From an uncultured bacterium (lineage in GTDB: Bacteria; Schekmanbacteria; GWA2-38-11; J061), in NCBI GenBank assembly GCA_964549305.1, contig CAZJVM010000042.1, positions 1 to 10,985 on the forward strand: a stretch of 10,985 nt of DNA. Direction: 5' to 3'. Below, one piece after another: positions 1 through 5,568 of this stretch (the stretch's first letter is position 1; each line of letters starts with the position of its first letter). Under the pieces are notes generated by a model. It saw only the letters and a list, made by a program, of their open reading frames with translations, was not told the DNA's origin and ran no database searches. The translations under genes and the position numbers were made by a program.

Positions 1-602
1 GTTTTATCCATAGGAAATATAGAAGGATTAAAATGCACATTATACTGGTGCCAGACTAAAAGCACAACAAATGCAAGTAGTCCTTCGCTCCCGTGAAGAG
101 TTAAAAAAACATCCATTGCCCACTTCGGAAGAATTATCATCGATATATCCTTAAACCAAAGCACCGTCCCGCTTACAATCATCACAATCATTCCCGCCAC
201 TACGCCCCAGTACTGAAACTTCTGGACAAAGTTGAATTTTCCGAATTTGGGAAATTCTTTTTTGCCGGAAAGATAGTATGAAATCTTACGCGCAAAATTG
301 GTAAAGTCAGACAAACGGGGAATGACCTTCAAAAAATCTTCGTGGGCTTTTCTGATAAAAAAAATATATGCCAAATGCCATATACCGTCGGCGATAAGCA
401 CAATTGCCGAAACTCTGTGAATCAGAGCCCTGCTTTCGTATCCGCCTCCGATCTTTATAATAAACTTCCCCATATCTGTTGAATGCCATAATAGCGCCGC
501 GCCGGTAACGGCAAGCACGAGGGAAGAGACAAAAAGGATTATATGCTGAATCCGAACAACAAGAGTAAATCTCTCAATGTATTTTCTGTTTTCTTCTTTC
601 AT
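1..602 (-). CDS. Stand-alone FdnI/HydC-type (cytochrome b/b6-like) di-heme membrane protein; 3'-truncated by the window edge
   Basis: Not in the ORF track; translated by hand from ATG at 602 and open for 200 codons to the edge: MKEENRKYIERFTLVVRIQHIILFVSSLVLAVTG...ESRALIHRVSAIVLIADGIWHLAYIFF...PKFGKFNFVQKFQYWGVVAGMIVMIVSGTVLWF...LHGSEGLLAFVVLLVWHQYNVHFNPSIFPMDK. Four hydrophobic helices with His at the positions seen in the C-terminal domain of the 1849..3783 protein, with which it is colinear. Starts 2 nt after the stop of 605..1852. Confidence 0.92.
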   Translation of the reverse strand, partial: MKEENRKYIERFTLVVRIQHIILFVSSLVLAVTGAALLWHSTDMGKFIIKIGGGYESRALIHRVSAIVLIADGIWHLAYIFFIRKAHEDFLKVIPRLSDFTNFARKISYYLSGKKEFPKFGKFNFVQKFQYWGVVAGMIVMIVSGTVLWFKDISMIILPKWAMDVFLTLHGSEGLLAFVVLLVWHQYNVHFNPSIFPMDK

Positions 603-604
603 AT

Positions 605-1852
605 CTAATTTTCCCTTTTTTTCGAAAAATAGCTGTACGTTTCCATACCCACATAAATCAAGAAGAAAGTTATAATTACGGCTATAAACCACACATAGAA
701 TTTTCTCACATAATACTTTCCCGCCGAAACGGATTTTTCCGCGGAAATATGTATTTTTACATCCTTGAATTTTTCTCCCGCGTTTGGATGGCAATTTCCG
801 CAGGTTTCGGGAAGATTGTCTCTGTAAACGCGTGACTGTGGATTTGTCGACGGAAGAATGTCATGCACGCCGTGACAGCTTGCGCAGTTTGCCGCCTTTG
901 GTTCCCCGTATTCGAGAAGAATGCCGTGAAAACTGTCCATATATGTCTGAAAGCGGTTTGCAGGTATTCCGTAGGCGGTGGTAATCGTTTTATTCTCGTG
1001 GCATTTGGAACAGGTGGCAGGAATATTTTTCGTATTTACTGATGAACCCTTATCTTTCGGTTCGAGAATTTCGTGCTCTCCGTGACAGTTTATGCAGGAA
1101 GGACTCTCTTTGATTCCTCCTTCAAGAGCAATTCCGTGAATACTTTTTTTATATTCTTTCTCTATGGGCTTGTGGCATCTGCCGCATATTTTTGTCATGT
1201 CCTTTTTAAATTGAAGGTCATCGACATCTTCTATTGGTTTTATTCCGTGCGAACCGTGACAGTCACTGCAAACTGCTGCCACCAGTAATCCTTTCTCTAC
1301 AATCGCTCTCCCGTGCACACTTTTCTCATAGGATTTAATGAATTTCACTGAAGGCAGTCCGTAATCCCTTACGACGTTTTCGTCTTCGTGACATTTAATA
1401 CACACATTAATCTGGTTTATTGGTGAAATTTGGCATTCAGGATCGCTTATACAGGAGATATAATGTTTCCCGTGACAGTCACTGCAATAGGGCGGGGAAT
1501 ATTTATGGGATTTCTTTGACCATCCGTGAACACTCGAGCGATAAATATCATACTCTTCTTCGTGGCAGTTTTCACATCTGACTTTAGTGTCTTCTCCGTG
1601 GTCAAGAGAGCTTGTTACTTCTCCCATTTCAGAATGGCAGTCGCGGCAGGAAAAATTTCCGTGCATGGAAGATGCGTACTTTGCGAGATCGATATATATT
1701 TCGCTCCCCCGTTCCGAATTGAGAATACTTTTCTCCGAGTGACACTCTATACACTTTTCAGATGCCTGCGCCGAAAGGGAAAAGAGTACCGCTGAAATAA
1801 TAACAAATGCAGATTTAAATAAAATCGTCTTCTTTGTCTTCATAATATTCAT
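605..1852 (-). CDS. Periplasmic 11-heme c-type cytochrome with a C-terminal membrane anchor (paralogue of the cytochrome c domain of 1849..3783)
   Basis: Sec signal peptide (…FSLSAQA|SEK). 11 CxxCH motifs: CIECH, CRDCH, CENCH, CSDCH, CIKCH, CSDCH, CGRCH, CINCH, CSKCH, CASCH, CGNCH. C-terminal TM helix FYVWFIAVIITFFLIYVGM followed by a basic tail. ATGA overlap with the upstream stop; alternative ATG at 1843. Confidence 0.93.
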   Translation of the reverse strand: MNIMKTKKTILFKSAFVIISAVLFSLSAQASEKCIECHSEKSILNSERGSEIYIDLAKYASSMHGNFSCRDCHSEMGEVTSSLDHGEDTKVRCENCHEEEYDIYRSSVHGWSKKSHKYSPPYCSDCHGKHYISCISDPECQISPINQINVCIKCHEDENVVRDYGLPSVKFIKSYEKSVHGRAIVEKGLLVAAVCSDCHGSHGIKPIEDVDDLQFKKDMTKICGRCHKPIEKEYKKSIHGIALEGGIKESPSCINCHGEHEILEPKDKGSSVNTKNIPATCSKCHENKTITTAYGIPANRFQTYMDSFHGILLEYGEPKAANCASCHGVHDILPSTNPQSRVYRDNLPETCGNCHPNAGEKFKDVKIHISAEKSVSAGKYYVRKFYVWFIAVIITFFLIYVGMETYSYFSKKREN

Positions 1853-3783
1853 CCCGTCCGCTCATCTCCCGTTTTTTCTTTATTCTTTTCCAGTTCCAAA
1901 GGATGTTCCTCTTCCATCTCCTCTATGGAAATCTTCCCCGTTATCCAGCACCAGTTCATCGGATAGGTCGAAGGGTTGAATATTACATAATAGATATGCC
2001 ACACAAGGATTGCCAAAGTTGCAAGCCACGCTTCGTAGTAATGGACAATCTGAGCTATATCCACGACTATCTTCGGCACTATGAGCATTACTTCCTCTTC
2101 AAACCAGAGAATGAGCCCTGTAACCGCCATCACCGCCGTGCCCCAGACAAGAGCCCAGTATTCGCTCTTTTCAATGTAATTGAACCTTTCATACTTCGGT
2201 TTTTCATTCCTGAGGCCTGCCAAAAACAGAAGATTTGCCGCCATATCCTTCAAATCCTTATCAGTAGGAATCATACTCCTGAGTTCGAACTTTCCCCTGT
2301 CCGTGGCTGAAATAAAATAAATGTGATAGAAGGCAACACCCATCATAACAAGTGACGCAATCCTGTGTATCAATCCTCTTGCAGACTCCCCTCTCTCTAT
2401 TATCTTAAAGGGGGCAGTCCACCAGGAATCGGGAAAAACCAGTGCGAAGCCCGTAAGGACAAGTATGGTAAAAGATGAAAGCAGGAGGAAATGCTGTACT
2501 CTTTCGTTTAAAGTAAGGCGCTCAAAAAAAACGCCTTTACGTTCAATATTGCGATGCATATTTCCACTGAAGTGAAGCTTAAGCTTATAAGCAAAATCAA
2601 GGAAGTTGTGAATAAACATTCCAGATATCGTTATTATAATCAGAAAAATATATATCCATTTTATATAGAAAATGATTTTATCGTAATTATGAGCACTGTC
2701 TTCGGTGCCGGTAATATGCACCAATCCACCTGCAAAATTTTCTCCTGCCTTGGGATGGCATTTTCCACAGGTCGTGGCTAGATTGTTTATGTTTACATAG
2801 GATTCGGGATTGTCTGAGGGCAGGACCATATGCACTCCGTGACAGCTTCCGCAGTCCGCGACTGTTGTCTCTCCCTGTCTTGCCGCAAGACCGTGGTAAC
2901 TGTTGAGATAACTTGATACGCGCGCTGTTTCAACCTGATATTCCCTGTTCAGCCTCACATCTTCGTGACACCTGATACAGGAACCGAAAACAAGCTCTCT
3001 GCCTCCCGCACCGCTAATGTCATCGTTCTCCATTATGCTTGCTATGGTATGAATGCCGTGGCAGTCTATGCAGACGGGAGAACGGGAAATTCCCTTTTGC
3101 AGCGCGGCATAGTGAATGCTCTTCCTGTATTTCATAAAAATGCCGTAATGACATTCCCCGCAGGTTGATGCCACATTGTTTCTTGAAACAGTCGAACCAT
3201 CCTCTAAAGGATTCATTATGTTATGGGAACCGTGGCAATCGGTGCAAACCGCCGCGGCAACAACACCCTTTCCTACGGATTGCCCGTGAACGCTGTTCTC
3301 ATATTCAACATATACTTTCCTCGAATAAACTCCTCCCGACACCTCCACAAATTTCACACTGGCATGGCAATCTGCGCATACAGCAGATATTTTCCCCCTT
3401 ATGGGGTTTTCTGTCCTGTTTCTGCTTATTTGGATTGAATGGTTCCCGTGGCAGTCAACGCATTCAATGGCATAAATCTCCTTCCTGTTTTTTTTCTCTC
3501 CATGAATGCTGTTTTGCAAAAGACTGTATTCCTCTTCATGACAGTTTCCGCAGATTTGTCTCGAAGAAAGAACGCTTCTTGAATGAGGGTCTTCGTCAAA
3601 GGTTATATCGCTATGACAGTCTTCGCAGGCAACATCTTTGTGGGCATATTTCAAACCATCTTCTTTCGCTTCCAACTCGTGGCATTCAAGGCAGGGAAGT
3701 GCCCCGGAAGCAGTTGCGCGAAATACTCCCGAAAGAATAAATAAGCTTATTACCAACCCTGTCGTTATCAATATTTTCTTCAT
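1849..3783 (-). CDS. CbcL-like inner-membrane protein: 11-heme cytochrome c domain fused to an FdnI/HydC-type di-heme cytochrome b (putative quinol oxidase/quinone reductase)
   Basis: Signal peptide. 11 CxxCH motifs: CLECH, CEDCH, CGNCH, CVDCH, CADCH, CTDCH, CGECH, CIDCH, CIRCH, CGSCH, CGKCH. Linker TM helix (WIYIFLIIITISGMFIH), then a four-helix cytochrome b domain: ERVQHFLLLSSF, LIHRIASLVMMGVAFYH, RFNYIEKSEYW, IVHYYEAWLATLAILVWHIY, TGKISIEEMEEEHP. Same architecture as Geobacter CbcL; orthology not established. Confidence 0.92.
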   Translation of the reverse strand: MKKILITTGLVISLFILSGVFRATASGALPCLECHELEAKEDGLKYAHKDVACEDCHSDITFDEDPHSRSVLSSRQICGNCHEEEYSLLQNSIHGEKKNRKEIYAIECVDCHGNHSIQISRNRTENPIRGKISAVCADCHASVKFVEVSGGVYSRKVYVEYENSVHGQSVGKGVVAAAVCTDCHGSHNIMNPLEDGSTVSRNNVASTCGECHYGIFMKYRKSIHYAALQKGISRSPVCIDCHGIHTIASIMENDDISGAGGRELVFGSCIRCHEDVRLNREYQVETARVSSYLNSYHGLAARQGETTVADCGSCHGVHMVLPSDNPESYVNINNLATTCGKCHPKAGENFAGGLVHITGTEDSAHNYDKIIFYIKWIYIFLIIITISGMFIHNFLDFAYKLKLHFSGNMHRNIERKGVFFERLTLNERVQHFLLLSSFTILVLTGFALVFPDSWWTAPFKIIERGESARGLIHRIASLVMMGVAFYHIYFISATDRGKFELRSMIPTDKDLKDMAANLLFLAGLRNEKPKYERFNYIEKSEYWALVWGTAVMAVTGLILWFEEEVMLIVPKIVVDIAQIVHYYEAWLATLAILVWHIYYVIFNPSTYPMNWCWITGKISIEEMEEEHPLELEKNKEKTGDERTG

Positions 3784-3804
3784 AACCGCTTCAAAATAGA
3801 GATT

Positions 3805-3999
3805 TTATTTTTTAATTCCCTGAACGGTCGGATTCTTTTTTTCCAGATAAATAGGGCAACTTTCAAAATTTCCCGACGCGCAATACTTGACAATTTCTTT
3901 TCTGCTTGGAAACTTAATCCCTTCCGTAAAACCGATGCATTTAAAAACCGTTCCTTTCCTAAAAAAAACACATCTTTTATGTGAAATTGACTGTTTCAT
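3805..3999 (-). CDS. Small 4-Cys protein (64 aa from ATG 3999; 70 aa from ATG 4017), putative Zn or Fe-S binding, function unknown
   Basis: MKQSISHKRCVFFRKGTVFKCIGFTEGIKFPSRKEIVKYCASGNFESCPIYLEKK...; motif C-x10-C-x18-C-x7-CPIY. Fills the gap between the sigma54 promoter and the CbcL-like gene (21 nt spacer) on the operon strand. ATG 4017 lies inside the predicted promoter, so 3999 is preferred. Confidence 0.65.
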   Translation of the reverse strand: MKQSISHKRCVFFRKGTVFKCIGFTEGIKFPSRKEIVKYCASGNFESCPIYLEKKNPTVQGIKK

Positions 4000-4011
4000 A
4001 CCTTTATGTTT

Positions 4012-4029
4012 AAGCATATTTCATACCAA
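4012..4029 (-). promoter_or_regulatory. Sigma54 (RpoN) -24/-12 promoter
   Basis: Minus strand reads TTGGTATGAAATATGCTT. GG (4027-4026) and GC (4015-4014) are exactly 10 nt apart, close to the consensus TGGCAC-N5-TTGCW. It lies directly downstream of a sigma54 activator gene and upstream of the cytochrome operon. Predicted +1 near 4002. Confidence 0.75.
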
Positions 4030-4067
4030 CGGGGGGGAGTGCCGAAAAAAAGGCAATGACGCTTATT

Positions 4068-4080
4068 AAACAAATAGTTA
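4068..4080 (+). promoter_or_regulatory. Candidate IHF binding site
   Basis: AAACAAATAGTTA has one mismatch to WATCAANNNNTTR and sits between the candidate activator sites and the sigma54 promoter. Short and AT-rich, so it could be a chance match. Confidence 0.4.
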
Positions 4081-4114
4081 CTTCCAATGGGGTACTTAAT
4101 GAATCAGGGGGATA

Positions 4115-4150
4115 TTCTCAGAAAGGACATTTTTTTTCCAAGAAAGGAAA
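4115..4150. promoter_or_regulatory. Candidate tandem upstream activator sequences for the sigma54 response regulator
   Basis: Imperfect direct repeat TTCTCAGAAAGGACA (4115-4129) and TTCCAAGAAAGGAAA (4136-4150), 12/15 identical, 21-bp period (two helical turns), about 113-148 bp upstream of the predicted start site. Confidence 0.5.
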
Positions 4151-4197
4151 GATTTTAAACTGTTTAAAGGGTAATTTTATATTTTCCGGGGCAGGTA

Positions 4198-5568
4198 TCA
4201 ATCTTTAAATTTTGAAGGCACGATGTTATATTTTTTAAGTTTTCTGTAAAAGGTTTTTGTGCCGATTCCCGCTTTAATCCGCGCTTTTTCCACATTACCG
4301 TGAAACCTGTCGAGAATCTCTACAAGATAGCTTTTTTCATTTTCATCAACCCATTCCGGAAGAGAATAGGAAACTACATTAATGCCCTTTGAAACAGGCG
4401 ATGCTATACTGGAGGGGAGGTCCAGTTCGGTAACCATATTGCCCCTTTCCATTATAACCGCCCTTTCAATCATATTTTCAAGCTCTCTTACGTTTCCGGG
4501 CCAGGAATAATGCATCATCTTGTCAATGACATCCTGCGAAATTGACGTTATCTCCTTTCCCATCTTTTCAGAGCATTTTCTCAGAAAATGAAGCGACAGG
4601 AGAGGCAAGTCCTCCATTCTTTCCGCAAGTGACGGCAGATTTATGGGCACAACATTGATTCTATAAAAAAGGTCTTCCCTGAATCTTCCCTCTCTTACTT
4701 CCTCCATAATAGTTTTATTCGTGGCGCAGATTATCCTTACATTGACTCCTATGGTGGAATTACCTCCCACTCTTTCAAATTCCATTTCCTGCAGAAATCT
4801 CAAAAGTTTAATCTGCATTGCGTGGGTTATGTCGCCAATTTCATCAAGAAACACGGTGCCTCCGTCAGCATATTCGAATTTTCCTATCTTCTGACGCACT
4901 GCGCCTGTGAAAGAACCTCTTTCATGTCCGAATAATTCGCTTTCAAGCAATGTTTCGGGCAGTGCCCCGCAATTTATGGTAACAAACTTTTTCGACTTGC
5001 GATTACTGCTGTAGTGTATCGCCCTTGCCACAAGCTCTTTTCCCGTGCCCGTTTCCCCCTGAATAAGCACCGTTGAATCGGTAGGGGCAACAGTAGCGAT
5101 TACGTTGAATATATTTTTCATTTTATGATTCTGGCTGATTATGTTTCCGAATCTGTTTTTCTCTTCTATCTGGCTTTTAAGATAAATATTTTCTTCGAGA
5201 AGATTAAGCCTTTCGAAAACCCTCGCGACGACAAGAAGTATTTCCTCTATTTCAAAGGGTTTTCTGAGGTAGTCCACTGCACCTCTTTTCATTGCGCTCA
5301 CGGCAGTTTCTATGCTTCCGTGGGCAGTCATTATGATTACGGCAGTGTCCGTATATTTCTTTTTTATGATATCCAAAAGCTGAAGTCCGTCTATTCCCGG
5401 CATTTTTATATCAACAACAGCAAGTTTGAATCCGCGGGAATCTATTTTTTGAAGCGCTTCTTCCCCGTTTCCTGCGACTTCCACTTCATACTTCTCCTTT
5501 TCAAGCACTCTCTTGAGATGCTGGCATATCACCCTTTCATCATCAACAATCAGTATGCTTCTATTCAT
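4198..5568 (-). CDS. Sigma54-dependent NtrC/AtoC/ZraR-family response regulator (REC-AAA+-Fis HTH)
   Basis: Receiver domain (ILIVDDE, VVDIKMP phospho-Asp, MTAHG, LRKPF), Walker A GETGTGKE, ESELFGHERGSFTGA, Walker B VFLDEIG, FREDLFYR, WPGNVRELEN and C-terminal HTH (AGIGTKTFYRKLKKY). ATGA overlap with the kinase gene. Confidence 0.96.
   Translation of the reverse strand: MNRSILIVDDERVICQHLKRVLEKEKYEVEVAGNGEEALQKIDSRGFKLAVVDIKMPGIDGLQLLDIIKKKYTDTAVIIMTAHGSIETAVSAMKRGAVDYLRKPFEIEEILLVVARVFERLNLLEENIYLKSQIEEKNRFGNIISQNHKMKNIFNVIATVAPTDSTVLIQGETGTGKELVARAIHYSSNRKSKKFVTINCGALPETLLESELFGHERGSFTGAVRQKIGKFEYADGGTVFLDEIGDITHAMQIKLLRFLQEMEFERVGGNSTIGVNVRIICATNKTIMEEVREGRFREDLFYRINVVPINLPSLAERMEDLPLLSLHFLRKCSEKMGKEITSISQDVIDKMMHYSWPGNVRELENMIERAVIMERGNMVTELDLPSSIASPVSKGINVVSYSLPEWVDENEKSYLVEILDRFHGNVEKARIKAGIGTKTFYRKLKKYNIVPSKFKD

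Noticed and set aside
307-489. 60-aa minus-strand ORF in the track
   Set aside because: Out-of-frame overlap with the cytochrome b gene 1..602, which has clear family motifs.
595-615. Stop-codon read-through (Sec/Pyl) fusing 605..1852 to 1..602
   Set aside because: The downstream ATG is 2 nt after the TAG, so the frames differ and simple read-through cannot fuse them. Both ends look like natural termini.
860-3550. Recurring ccgtgacag/ccgtggca-like words that could suggest a DNA repeat array or CRISPR
   Set aside because: They are the reverse complement of Cys-His-Gly codons in heme motifs, irregularly spaced and inside coding sequence.
784-3740. Plus-strand ORFs opposite the two 11-heme genes (784, 1073, 1526, 1903, 2554, 2965, 3165, 3223)
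   Set aside because: Antisense shadows of motif-rich minus-strand genes with no recognisable domains.
3780-3971. Alternative-frame 63-aa ORF whose stop overlaps the CbcL-like start (ATGA), reachable by slippage at the A8 tract 3961-3968
   Set aside because: No motif content, and ATGA arises automatically from ATG-AAG. The overlapping 4-Cys frame is more protein-like and there is no evidence of frameshifting.
4031-4055. G7 tract, TGCC-N8-GGCA mini-hairpin and a CGGCAC alternative -24 element
   Set aside because: The 4-bp stem is too weak for a terminator, G7 is short for phase variation, and CGGCAC has no GC at the required 10-nt spacing.
3887-4069. 60-aa plus-strand ORF
   Set aside because: Antisense to the small Cys protein and spans the sigma54 promoter; no supporting features.
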